The notes beneath the pieces are model-generated. The model saw only the letters and a program-made list of their open reading frames with translations. It made no database searches and was not told the DNA's origin. DNA of 55,867 nucleotides, the filler included, from Sphacelaria rigidula (taxonomy: Eukaryota), in NCBI GenBank assembly GCA_964200075.2. It is 5 parts of 5 records of this genome, joined end to end, with 100 filler letters (N's around TTAATTAATTAA, not from the genome) between each part and the next. Parts side by side here need not be neighbours in the genome. Positions count along the whole stretch, not along the records: positions 1 to 11,095 come from CAXNAA020005395.1; positions 11,196 to 22,289 come from CAXNAA020005396.1; 3 more parts are not named here. The stretch is one strand, 5' to 3'. The number at the start of each line of letters is the position of its first letter. The first letter of the stretch is position 1. Shown here piece after piece: positions 1-11,605 of the stretch. The translations under genes were made by a program, and so were the position numbers.

Positions 1-260
1 CCGAAAACACCCTCCCCACGCCGTACCGACAAGACCGGTCATGGCCTTCGTCGGAGGACGGGGAACGGAGGATATATTCCACTTTTATTCATCTTTACGG
101 AGTGTTTCTGTTTTGTCTACGTTGGCTACGTCTGATTTGCATCTAATGACTACGACTGGATCAGGTCCCTCTAGGATCAGTTGATGTGTGGCAATCAATC
201 AAAATCAATCTAGTGAAGTGTATGCGTATGTGTGTCGGCGCCTGTCCGCCTGCCGTGCAG

Positions 261-626
261 CTGGAGCCCAAGACATACTGGGAGCAGCTTCTGTTCTTGG
301 ACGACCAAAACTACGGGGGCATTCAGGTGCAGGAACAGCAAGAAAATCCGGAACACACGGACCCAGCAGCGGCAGTAGCAGCAAACGACGACACGGCCAA
401 CGGGTCGGAAACACAAAACGCGGGCGAAAATTCCGACTCTGACAATGACGACTCGTCGGATGCCGAAAAAGCATATAGCGACGGTGGTTCAGAAGATGAA
501 GGAGATTCTGAAGGATTGCAAGACAGCGATGAGGAGGGTGCTGGCGGGGGGCAGTCCGGCGGCGGTGAGGGGCGTCTTCGGCGATTAAGAGGACGAAGAT
601 CTCGTCAGCCGAAGAAAATGCTAGAG
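261..626 (+). CDS. POLE: POLE exon (YWEQLLFLDDQNYGGI plus acidic linker)
   Basis: Acceptor tgccgtgcag|ctg at 260; lies within ORF 186..674. The best phase-0 donor is the non-canonical GAG|GCGAGT at 627. Confidence 0.85.
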
Positions 627-912
627 GCGAGTTTATTGAGGTGGTTCGGGGGGGTGGCGGGGCGGGAGGAGTAGCCCGCCAATAGTTGTTTGCGTTTGTG
701 TTTGTTGTTGTTGTTCTTCTTCTTGCTTGTTGGTGATGGTGGTGGTGGTGTTATTGTTGTTGTCGCTGCTTATTTTCTTCTTTCCTTCATGAGGCCGTTG
801 CTTCTGTATTTTTCTGTTTCTTTCCTTATTATTTTTTCTCCTTTTATTATCATGTTCTTTTTTTGCTGCTCCCGACCACGGGCTGGATTGTTGCAATCAG
901 CAAATGTGAGAT

Positions 913-945
<33 letters not shown>

Positions 946-3900
946 GTAGTGACATCCCTTTTTTTTCTTGACATACTTCTATGACCCTCCCCTTCCCGAT
1001 GAGTACGTACGCCTCCCTTCCTCGGGACGAGTCCATGGTCTCAAGGGATTAACGCATCCCTCCCCGGGTACACTCCTTGCTACTTGGTATCGCGCGTTGG
1101 ATCGGCGCTCCCTTCCTGCGTCGACGGCCATTTAGCAAATTCAGCTAAATGAACTATCTTTGTCTGCTCACGTCCTCCCGCCTTAAACAGCGGGAATCAG
1201 ATGCTGTACTTGGAGGGGAAAACCCAATCAAATGTGACGGGAATCGAACCCATGTTTCACCGGCCCCCATAATGTCAGTTGCACTATTTTAATTCACGTG
1301 TTTCCCGCCCCCATGATGCCAGTTGCACCATTTTAATTTAGACCGCCGGGGTGCGGCGGCTCTTCACCAAACTGCAACCGTTAAAGGTTCGCGTCCTGGT
1401 GAGCTGTCTCTGTTTGCTACTATCGCGTTTATTCTCTAGCGCGCCTCCCTACTCATAGACACGGCATGTGTATACATGCAAGAATTCCTTCCGCATGAGT
1501 CACACAGGGGGGAAGACACCCAGGCGGACGAAGCTTTTGGAAAACAAACAACGGGTGCATTTTTGGTCTGTGCTCATCGAGGTAATTCTCCCGCACGTTT
1601 GCAAACAAACAGGCGAGCAAGGACGCCGACCTCGCCGATAACGCCGACATAGAAGAGGCCGATGGAGCCGTGGCAGCAGGGGCAGGGGAGGGGACGGGCA
1701 CTGCGGGGGCCGTGGGCGATCGAAAAATCGCACCCATTGTATCGCATTGGAATCTGGCGGAGTACTTGCCGGCTTCCGTTCGACAAGTGTTCTTGGTGAG
1801 AGCCGCCGTCTCCGCCGAGGTGTACGAATACGAGTAGAGTGGGTAGGTAGAACTGTGTGAAAAAGGATGGTGCTTGGTCTGTCACCTGTCATCCGTATGC
1901 TTTTAGTGGTTTCTTTTTTTCTTGTAATATCCGTGCTTAACCTTATTTTATCATCGGCGCATATTTCGGGGGGATATTATAGAATGTTTTGGTGAGTACA
2001 TCATGGATCAGAGAAGCCGACGTAGGCAGTGAATGCCCACCCTGACCTCGAAGCTTGCTTCCATGTAGATCCTCTCATTAAATGTTCCGATTCTACCCCC
2101 GGCACTGAAACCCAATGGCTTGAGAAAAAAGGTGCACCCTTAGTAGACATGCTTGATAAAAGGCCCTATACCTCTCTTTTTTTCTGTTCATGCTTTTCAT
2201 CCCTCCCCTTCCTCGAGACGTGTGCCGGGTTTCGAGGGACCAGAGTTTTTAATCTGGGTCTCTTTTGTTTTTCTTGTTTATTTTTGCTAGCCTGTGACCA
2301 CGGAAGGTGTCCACATCAGATGCCGAGTACAAATGTACCGCGCAGATATCGGAACGGTTCTTAACGTCAAGACAACAACAACAACGATGAACCCCATCTC
2401 CCCCTCCGGCGGTGCTCGCTTGATTTTTCTCTTATCGAGGATCAGGTCGGCACTCCGGCACCGTGTCGACTCTCGTCAAGTAAAATCCCTTTGCTACTCC
2501 CGTCCTCACGTTTTCGACGACGGAAAAAAAAAAAAAAATGCCCAAATTTTCCTGCATTTTTCTGGTAACGAAAATAGTCTCTAAAAGTACAAACTATATA
2601 CTCCGTATACTGGAAAGAAAAATACATATACAGAGTAACTTGTATACTCACGGAAAAAACAAATTATGCAATATATATATATCAATTAGTATCAATTAAA
2701 TCAGTTACGAATCGGTCAAGTGTCTTCCCAGTAGGCAGGTGTCATTTCGTTGCCGAGCTCTCACAGGCCAGCATCTCGCTTTTAGCTGAGTCAAGAATAC
2801 TATGGATTATATGCCATTCAGCATTTCCGTCATTCACCTTTCCTGCAGACAGGTGTCATATTGCATTCGACGCCTGAGAAGCCACCAATTCGCCTTCTTT
2901 AGTTGATTTTAGACTACGCCTCGACTGGGTCGCTTTTACACTTTTTGATTGCCATCATCTTCTAGTACATTTTTGTCGCTAATCCTCGTCTCTCTTGCCT
3001 TTCACTGGACATTAGTGTGCTTTCTGTTTCTGTTTGGGTTTCGAAGTAAATGTGAATGTGCTGTGTTTTGCTGTCGCACGCATGTCTCTCCCGTTTCGAC
3101 GGTTTCTGTATTTACGCTGTTGCGACTTTTTTTTTATGGGCATCATGTCTGAAACAGTCAGCCGGGTCATAGCTAGAGGTGGGCACCATTGAAAAGAGGA
3201 CCGGTTATAACCGGTTGTTGGAAACCCAAGAAGGCGTTTTCTCGTTCCGGTTCGAAAAATTAGGTGAAAGGAAAAGTGAGACTCTCTTCCCGATTAAACC
3301 GGTTCAACCAGTTTAACCAGTGGGAGTGCGGCGAAGCTTGGCAGTGAAAGAGGAGTCTCTCGCGAGTTGGGGTCAAGTGCCGGTGTTTGAGAAACAGTGT
3401 CACACAGAGTAATGTAGGACTGCCCATTTTTTAGGCAAAGCAAGTGGGGGGGAACTTTTGCTTACTCTGAAAATTTGCTCTAGTTTCCTCACGGAGAGTA
3501 CTATCATGATGTTGGTGTACACAAGGAATCCGCGGCCCGGCGATCGGTGCTTCTTCTCGATAAACGTTGGTGCGATGTCTTGCCGCCTATCACCTTTGCA
3601 CGATTATTGCGTCATCGTTTATTCTGTTGGGTAAAATTGCCCGGAGAGAAAAACGCGACCGTGTGGTTTGCGTGGTTTGTCGCGTCTTGTGTTCGTTTTC
3701 CTTTGTCCGTTGGTTTCGTCGTTTTGGAACACTGAGGTGCTGCACTTCTTCTATGCAAAGTCGCAAGGGTCGGACGGATAAATGACTCGTCTGGAAATGA
3801 CTCGATTTTTGTGTTCTTGATTCGTACGGTACAAATCGATCCTTGGCTTTGTTTACAGCATTGCACTCAAGGTACGCGCACCCCAGGCACGTGGAATGGC

Positions 3901-6900
3901 GCAAAAATTGCGTGGAGATATTTCTGACCAGCGGTCGATTTTCCCCCTCTTGAGAGCAATCAGGCCTGAAAAGTTGTGGATTTGGTGATTCTAACCGGCG
4001 ATGATTCGCCCGAACCGTGAAAAATTGAGGGTGAGCATTACTCCTGCTCCTCCCTCCAATTTTTGGGCATTGGGTTGCTGGGGCGTGTTCAGGAAGCGAA
4101 CAGTTCACCCATTGAACTAGTGAGCGCTCACTGGTTCAATGGGTGAACTGTTCGCTTCCTGAAGAAAAGATATGCGATTCGAGTCCCGGCATGATCAAGT
4201 GTGGAAGGAATGAGTTTGACATGTGAACCGTGAGGCTTGCGAGGGGCACGAGGCCCCGGAGATCACTGATGTGTCATGCCGGGACGGACGGACCACACAG
4301 CATATATTTTGTTCAGAAAGCGAACACTTTACCGATTGCACCGGTGAGCGCTCACTGGTTCAATGGGTAAACTGTTCGCTTCCTGAACAGGGTGGGCGGG
4401 GTGTTGGGTGCAGAGCTTTTCCTTTCGGCACCACGTGTTGGCTTGCACGCTAAAGCTCGTGCCGAACAATCTTCGCATGAACAGGGTAGTCTTTCGTGCT
4501 CATGCCTCGTCGATTTGTCAGAGCCAGTTTAAAATTTCGAACAGTAGCTGTTTAAGTATTCACCGACACCACAAATAAAGATAAAATAGGATCCAGAAAA
4601 ATAGCATCAGTCGTAACAACAGTTTTGCACTTTTTGATGGTCATTGCACCGTCATTTCTCTATCTCACTCTAGCTGACAGGTAGTTTGAGCGCCATCTTT
4701 ACTTGATTTTTTTAGCACGTCTACTATTGGTGTCACTTCGTTCTCCTAAGCTCTCTGATTATTTCAACGGGCGCTGACCCCGTCTGTGCGTGTGCTGTGC
4801 GAGGTCACGCATAACGTGCTCAGCTTGTGAGCAACTATCGTTTGTTCTTCAAACTATTCCGGATGCGGGCATTTCGTGGCGCACATAACTACGACCGGTG
4901 CTCAAGTATCTTGGAATTTTGTCCACTCGGCGTGGCGCCGAAAGCCGCCGAGACCCTTGTACATATGTTCATTCATGTTGATTAACATTTTCGCCTCTCT
5001 ATACACGTCAAAGTAAACATGTAACCTCTCTCTTTCCATTACTACAAGTTTTGTTCCGTGGCGATGCCCTCACGACGTTTCCATCAAATTGCTGTGTGAC
5101 GTGGAACAAGATCGGAATTTTCTTGGCCGTGCCTGAGGAAGTCGACACGTTAAGAGTCTATATTTTACAGAGGAAATCCCACTACAGTGCAGTCCATCAC
5201 TTGTCACAAGTGTCCGAACGACTATCCTAATATCAAGTAATTGCACTACACATTTTTGATGCGAGGTCCCTGTATAGTGCGGTCATGCCGAGCTGGCGGC
5301 ATACTCCACTTCACTGGCACCCTGAAGGTTATTTTGTAGAAGGTGATCTGGTAGAGTACATGACATGCTCAAGGAGGTGTATTTGTTTGATGTTCGTTGT
5401 GCTGTGACGTGCTCGCGTGCTGTCGATCCACGACCCTAAAAAACCGGCAGATCCTGGTGTCCACGTTCCTCCTCAAGCCGCACGAGAAGGCCAGGCAGCT
5501 GCGCGAAGAGCACGAACGGTGAGCGGTCAACTCTTTTTTTCTTTACCCAAAATGTAATCCCGATCAGGGGTACTGTAGTATCACTTGATCTCTTTTTCTT
5601 TCTTCCCGAAACCTCCGAATATTTCGGAAGTGAAAATGATATCCGAAAAATATGAGAGCGGTTTTTTTTAAGCGGGTCAGGCAATAGAGCAATTCAAGAC
5701 TGACAGCAGATTCTCCGAAATCTAGCGTCGGGGATTTTTTTGGAACACTTGTTTTTAGGAAGATCTCGAGGGGGTGGGGAAGTGGGAGGAAAATAAGGAG
5801 AAGAACTCTTGGGGGGAAAAACAAACAAAAAAACTCTGTAAAACGACCTTCTACTTGACTTCATTCATCCTGGTGTTCGAAATCTTTGCTGTGGACAGAG
5901 CATTCTCCTGTCCGACGTGCACTGAACTCGGAATGCATTTCTATCGTGTATTCCTGTTTGTTTACACATTTGTTTGTTTGGCAGTTCATTCTATCTTTGG
6001 TCTGCTCTTGTTTCCGTCTTCGGTTTTGTTCAATTTGCCTCGTTTCTCGAGTTGGCTCTTGGGCGCTCGACGTGCGTGTTTCGGTGTATTTGTGTACATA
6101 CCTTGGGCATGTATACTCTACGCACGTCCATCTTGTATCTAATGACCACAGCTAGATTCGTAGTAGACCAGCTAATGTTGATGTGCGACATGAAATTAAC
6201 CAATCGCTGTGCCTTTGATGTTATGTGGATTATGTACTCAGCCTGACTACCTACTTCTGTCATTGTGCGTATCTGTACTGGATCGAAAGCGTGCTGTTGG
6301 CCGTGAGAAAAAAATAAAAATAAAACAGGCCTTCCAGACTGCGGTATATTGTAGTAATATTGTAGCACCTATTGTATGCATATCAATGCTAATTCCAGTG
6401 CTGGGATTCTTGAGGAGCCATCAAATCAAAACCAAGTGCCATGTCCAGCACCCTCGCGCGCGTGTATGTGTAATTTTCGTTATTTTTTTGAACCAATGCC
6501 TTCCCTTCTGTAAATACACGTATCCAGTGTATAAGTTCGTCCTTCATCTACAACGGTTTTTTTTCTCGAGCATATTTTTTTGCCATGTTTCGGCCATTTG
6601 CTTGCGCTGGTTTGGTGCCCCAACCGCCCCCCCCTCCCCCCATTCCCCTAGCCTGGTCCAGCGAAAAACCCGGTGTGATCCGTCCCGGCTTGGTAGGGAT
6701 ACGAGGTGAATAGTTCATGACGACGACATGCAGTATCATGAGTACATCCCGCCATTCCACTTTGTCGAATGTATTTCGAGTAAAGTGCAGCAAACCTCGG
6801 GCAAAACGAAAGCAGAAAGACATGCCTTTTTTTTTGTCAAATATCGATTTGAAAAGGAAGTAGAAAGCAGAGTGTAAAAAAATACAAGTAAAGCCGTTGA

Positions 6901-9900
6901 CCCTATTTTTTTGTGGTGTTTTAACCGCGCGTGGCGGGATGAAATCTTCGCTCTTGTTGTGATGACATTTGGGTCACGTACAGAATGGTGGAAAGCTTGA
7001 GCACACAGCTGACGCAGGGAGGAGCGTCACAGCTGTCCGGTCCTGCAACGCCTGGGGCGAATGGCGTAGAGACTGCGCTGGCGGTCCAGGCGGTGAGTTT
7101 GTTGAGGGGAGGAAAGTGCGCGCGAAGATGCACCGATTAACCGGTTGGTTTGGTAGATGGATGGGTTGTCGCACAATAACGTATTCACCCGGGCATCCTG
7201 CCGTGGTGTGGTCACAAGATAGACGTGCGCGGCGATGCACCGAGCGAGTCATGGATGGATTCATCGTCGCACATCAAGTGATTCACTGGGAATCTCTCTG
7301 ACCCGTGATCGCAAGGTAGACGAGTAGTCATGACCGAGGTGCATTAATCCCAATGATGTACAGTGACGTTTGTGTTTGGTGTTGCTGCCGCTACAACGGA
7401 GAGGGTAGGGTGTGGGGTAGTGGCCCTTTGGGCCATTCAGGTAAGAGTTGATGCCCACGCCCATGTTTTTTTCGCGGCTACGTGTGTTATAGTTTTGTCC
7501 AACACGTGCTCAGCAATCCCGCTCGCGCGTACATTAGGCGTCTATCTACGCCTACAAAAACCATGCTACAAGAAGTTACGGGACCCTCAGGGGATCAGTT
7601 GGCAGCCACAGGTCCAACCTAAATCAACTTATGGTAAATAGGTGAAAATAACTGCTTTGGTTACATGTTGTGGGGAATAGATAGCTATTGAGTTGTTAGC
7701 GGTGAGGAATGATTTTTTGTGTATATTGTTTACGGGACTGGTATCACGGAATCCCTGGGACGGTGGGAACGCGCGCTCTACACATACGCATAACACACGC
7801 GTTATTATTTGCGTGATTTTTCCGCTGGCGCTTTCTTTTTTGGTTCGACCAGGCGCTGAGGAGGGAGGAGGCAAGCGAATCGCAATCCATGGATGGCTTC
7901 TTGAAGGATTTGGTCAGCAAAACCCTCACAGACAAGGTTCGTTCTCGCCCGACGGACGCGAGGGGACGCGACGCTACAAGTGATGGAGAAAGTCGCTCGT
8001 GTCCGCTTCGTGTGACGTGTACGGAACCTTTTCCCGTGTCAACCATAGCTGTCACTCTCGACTTATTGGCCCTGTTCTATTTTCCGACGCTGTTTGATTC
8101 CCTTGACACCCTTCTTCTTTACCCTCCTCGACTTACGCGTTCTGCTTGTGATGGGCAAGTTTATCTCGACCGGCATCGCTGACCTGTGCTTGCACCGCTG
8201 GTTCAGGAACTTCATGGGGTCCTCCTGCGATCGCTCCCGCCCATCGCTTTTTTGTTCCTCTGTCTTGCCGTGTAGCTGTTCCGGTATCGTGTGGTTAAGT
8301 GTTGCTGAGATAAGGCATGCGTCCATGTGTTTTCAGAATATCTGGATCAAAGTCAAGGGGCTGCGGGGGGGGGGGAGGTCGTCATCCCGTTTTTTCTGGA
8401 TGTCAGTCCACACCATTGTGAATATGTGGGCGCACCAGCCGGGGTCACACAGGAAGAAGACCAACACAGGAGCTCTTTCTTTCTTATTTGTTTTAGTTCT
8501 TCGCCTTCCTTCTGCGGTACTTGCCTTTGTTTTTTTTACGCGAGAGAGGTTCGGTAGTCCCTTTCCGTCGTCGACCATGAAGTCGAATTGGTGGGGTGCT
8601 ACCCCAAATACCCGATGTTGTTGCAAGCAAGTGCACGGAATGTTACTGATGGAGAGATGATTTGATTGGTCTCTGAAGACGACGGACTCATCCCAAAGAA
8701 GGACAGAAGTCTAAGAGTATGATTGATGATGATTGTCGTACTTAAACTGACCACCCATAGGTCCAGCCGTGGTCGCATGACAGACGTACCCAAGAAAAGT
8801 AAAACTGAAACACTCGTCCAAGAAAATGAAGGAGCAGAAAAAAAAGTCGAGCAGAACGACATAGGAGACTAAGACGTGAGAAAAAAGAAAAAAGAAAACC
8901 AACGAAAGCAAAGCACAGAAAGGGATGGCCGACCTATAAAAAAAAATGACTGCATACTGATGAACACGAAATATTTCACACCCTAGACAACATGTGATCT
9001 ACAGTGTGATCTATAGTTGCAATAGGCCTATACTTCGCGCAGTGCACTTTTCGTGCTGCAACTGTTCACCACAAATTGTCCAGGGTGTGACATACAGTAG
9101 TGGGCGGTCTAACTATTCATTTTGAGGCATTTTGTGATTTCTTCGTAATTGGCGATTTTCTTGGGCTCTTTTTGCTTGCCACCGCTTGTCACATTGGGGA
9201 TTTGAAGATATTTGTATCCGCTCCACATTCCAAGAAAAAAAATCACCTGTACTCAACATTGAGTGACTTACGGGCTGACCGGTCATCGGGGGTCCTGCGA
9301 CGTTTCAGCCCAGATTCTTAGTTTTCGGTCTTTTCGGTCGATCTAGCCTGTCCCGATCATATTTCTAAGAAAATGTAAAGTTTTATTTTTTTGAGATTCT
9401 GCGTACTCATTGCACCAGAGCCGAAAAACCGTGTTTCACGGTCAATAACACCCTCCTGATGAACGGGGTATTTACTCGTTTCGCCCGATAACACCAACTA
9501 GCACTGACTTGGGCACTGTGTTTCGGAGTTGATCTCTTTATTGTACCAAAATCTACCGACGCTAGCAATTCCGAGTTTTATCGAAGAGTAGAACACGAGG
9601 AATTCCCCAAAACTCCGCTTGATAGTTAGACCGCCCACTACTGTATTTTTCAACTGGTGTCGAATCTGGATTTGGTAACTCGGGCCTCCTTCTCCTCCAC
9701 CTCAAATAGCGCGCTCTGGTGGTGGTTGTGTTGTGTTCACTGTTCGTGTCGCATGATGTTCGGTTATTGGTCTTATTGCTATTGCCACTGTTGTTCTTGA
9801 TTGAGTGATTGATTGATTGTCGCACTTTAACTGACCGCCCAGGGATCCGAGTCATTATCGACTTGAAATGCTAAAATTCAGTGCTTTATATTGACTAGTG

Positions 9901-10168
9901 GTTGTTATCGGCATCATACATATTTTCCCTGCTGATACTCCATGCAACGTATACATATGTTCCCCGCATATATATTTCACGTTGACACCATTCGACCCGT
10001 TCGGAGCAGGTTCTGGAGACCGTTCCCGCCATCAAGAAGTACAGCGGCAGCGGACCCGATGCCTTCCCTCGCAAGCCGGGGGCGGCGCGCGAGCTGACGA
10101 ATCCTGCGCTAGAGTTCATCAAGAGCTTGTGCCACGTGCTCAGCCTCGACCCTACCGTTACCGACGAG
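261..10168 (+). CDS. POLE: DNA polymerase epsilon catalytic subunit, C-terminal part (partial; 6 exons: 261-626, 1613-1795, 5451-5518, 6984-7092, 7853-7936, 10010-10168)
   Basis: Manual splicing gives consistent phases and one open frame: LEPKTYWEQLLFLDDQNYGGI, acidic linker, SHWNLAEYLPASVRQVFL/ILVSTFLL, GASQLS, LVSKTLTDK/VLETVPAIKK, AFPRKPGAARELTNPALEFIKSLCHVLSLD. These match recalled Pol epsilon motifs (WEFLLWMDPSNYGGI, NWNILQFLP, NPALEFIKYVCKVLSLD). Upstream exons and the terminal Cys-cluster exons are not seen in this contig. Confidence 0.93.
680..945 (+). mobile_element. Probable 3' end of a non-LTR retroelement with an (AATC)n tail
   Basis: T-rich tract ending in gagat(aatc)x8. A similar architecture occurs at about 54180-54450, and (GATT)n-linked fragments occur at 8722-8765 and 9806-9862. 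Confidence 0.45.
1012..1357 (-). mobile_element. tRNA-derived SINE, family A (short duplication in the head)
   Basis: Homologous to 17200-17497, 29280-29482 and 30741-31052; B-box GGTTCGATTCC on the minus strand. Confidence 0.75.
1613..1795 (+). CDS. POLE: POLE exon (..SHWNLAEYLPASVRQVFL)
   Basis: aaacag|gcg acceptor, ttg|gtgaga donor, 61 open codons. Confidence 0.9.
3764..4019 (+). mobile_element. hAT-like MITE (about 256 bp), copy 1
   Basis: TIR CAAGGGTCGGACG..CGCCCGAACCGTG; homologous to 10210-10467, 40033-40291 and 42492-42755. Confidence 0.75.
4086..4389. mobile_element. Nested-palindrome foldback element
   Basis: Two roughly 77-bp self-palindromes centred on GAGCGCTC (4087-4163, 4311-4388) flank a core with its own inverted repeat. 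TGT..ACA ends; flanks gggcg/gggtg. Confidence 0.75.
5451..5518 (+). CDS. POLE: POLE exon (ILVSTFLLKPHEKARQLREEHE)
   Basis: ggcag|atc acceptor, cg|gtgagc donor, phase 0 to 2. Confidence 0.85.
6651..6750 (+). repeat. Poly-C-flanked short interspersed repeat (subfamily C)
   Basis: Homologous to 31921-32020; shares GGGAT.CG.GGT.AAT.GT..ATGAGTAC with 26012-26088, 29799-29860 and 44882-44955. Confidence 0.65.
6984..7092 (+). CDS. POLE: POLE exon (MVESLSTQLTQGGASQLS..AVQA)
   Basis: gtacag|a acceptor, gcg|gtgagt donor, phase 2 to 0 fits both neighbours. Confidence 0.85.
7853..7936 (+). CDS. POLE: POLE exon (ALRREEASESQSMDGFLKDLVSKTLTDK)
   Basis: Pyrimidine tract plus ccag|gcg acceptor, aag|gttcgt donor. 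Confidence 0.85.
8378..8620 (-). mobile_element. SINE family B, partial copy
   Basis: Homologous to the body of 13641-13995. Confidence 0.7.
9095..9643 (+). mobile_element. Tc1/mariner-type MITE, copy 1
   Basis: Perfect TIR CAGTAGTGGGCGGTCTAACTAT / ATAGTTAGACCGCCCACTACTG with TA on both flanks; second copy at 35162-35674. Confidence 0.85.
10010..10168 (+). CDS. POLE: POLE exon (..NPALEFIKSLCHVLSLDPTVTDE)
   Basis: gagcag|gtt acceptor, gag|gtctgt donor, diagnostic NPALEFIK motif. Confidence 0.92.
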
Positions 10169-10209
10169 GTCTGTCCACTCATGATGACAATAATGATGCT
10201 GAAAGTATT

Positions 10210-10467
10210 CACGGTTAAGACGAATCATCCCGGGTTCGAATCACAAATCCACGATTTCTTCGGCCTGGTTGCCCAAAAGGGAGAAAAAAGTTGACTGCTG
10301 GTCCAAGGGGTATCCACGCAACTTTTGCGCCATTCCACGTGTCTGGCCTGCGTGTACCTGGGTTGCAACGCCGAAAACAGAGCCTAGGGATTGATTCATA
10401 CGATTCGAATCAATTACACTAAAAACCAAGTAATTTCCAGACGAATCATTGATTTGTCCGCCCCTTG
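10210..10467 (-). mobile_element. hAT-like MITE, copy 2
   Basis: TIRs CACGGTTAAGACGAATCA / TGATTTGTCCGCCCCTTG and a perfect 8-bp TSD AAAGTATT (10202-10209, 10468-10475). Confidence 0.85.
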
Positions 10468-11095
10468 AAAGTATTGAGTTGACATGATGATGATGCCGGA
10501 TAATGACGTCAAAAGCGATGAAACTTGAATGTCCCATATTAAAGTAGATAGAAGAATATACGTGAATGGTACGTATAAATTTTTTTTGCGTTTTTTTTTT
10601 TTTCTTTGCAGCAAGGGTGTACTTGCGTGCGTGAACTAAACTCAATCGCCGTCGTCGTCTCGTGCGCTTTTTTGCAGTTAATTGTCTTCGGTGTTTTGTG
10701 TTGACCAGCCGCTCGTCTGGTTGATTACAACAAAAATATCACTGGTGAAACCAACGTGCACAATGGTGCCCTTTTTTTAGCAGGATGAGCAGGAGTAGGT
10801 GGGTAGATAAGTAGGCACGCGAGTAGTGAAGATGAATATCGATCATGATCCAAATCGCGGAATTTGTGGTGGTGAGGGTGAGGGGCAGAGGCGCGTGAAT
10901 TCACGTTGTAGTTGGTGTGAAAAACATATGCTCATGAATTTACACACTATGACTGTTGAGTGCGTTTGAAGTCGAAACTGAAGGACGAAAAGTGAAAACA
11001 GAAAGTGAACATTCCAGGATCTATTTAGTGTCATTCTCCCCCCCCCCACCCCCCCCCCCCCCCTCACGCCCCCCCACCCCCGGAAATCAATAGCG

Positions 11096-11195
11096 NNNNN
11101 NNNNNNNNNNNNNNNNNNNNNNNNNNNNNNNNNNNNNNNTTAATTAATTAANNNNNNNNNNNNNNNNNNNNNNNNNNNNNNNNNNNNNNNNNNNN
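11096..11195. other. Artificial contig linker N44-TTAATTAATTAA-N44
   Basis: Identical 100-nt linker at 11096, 22290, 33483 and 44676; stop codons in all six frames. Confidence 0.97.
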
Positions 11196-11605
11196 AAGCT
11201 ACCAGCCCCCAACCCACCACCCCATAAGCCAAGCTGATAAGCCGACCCCCCCCCCCCCCCGCGCACCCCAATCTACACGGTCGACACCATAATAAAGATT
11301 CACCCTTGGTGTGACAAAAGTGGCCCCCCAAAACGAATCATGGCGCACCCACCGAGTGCCCGCTTTGTACAGCAGTCTGGCTAGACGTTCAAGTTTGATC
11401 TGGTCACCTGATATTTTTGGGATGGATCGTATTTTGATATCTTCAATATCTTCAACATACACACATACATGTGAATCCACCGCTTACTGTGAGAGGGCGA
11501 ATCATGTGCCGCGTGTTTTGAAACACCTCGTGACACATACCGAACTTCCCTGACGCTTACAATGGTAGGGCCAACTCCGCACAGCTACGCCAAAAGAGTG
11601 GTGCA

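Noticed and set aside
4850..5380. Possible hAT transposase remnant (WRCPHDVSIKLLCDVEQ)
   Set aside because: The similarity is too weak and fragmentary to support without a search.
8207..8275. Extra POLE exon (ELHGVLLRSLPPIAF..)
   Set aside because: It runs into a stop with no good donor, and the flanking exons join directly with the expected POLE spacing.
11140..11151. TTAATTAATTAA as a biological motif
   Set aside because: It is an assembly spacer embedded in N runs.
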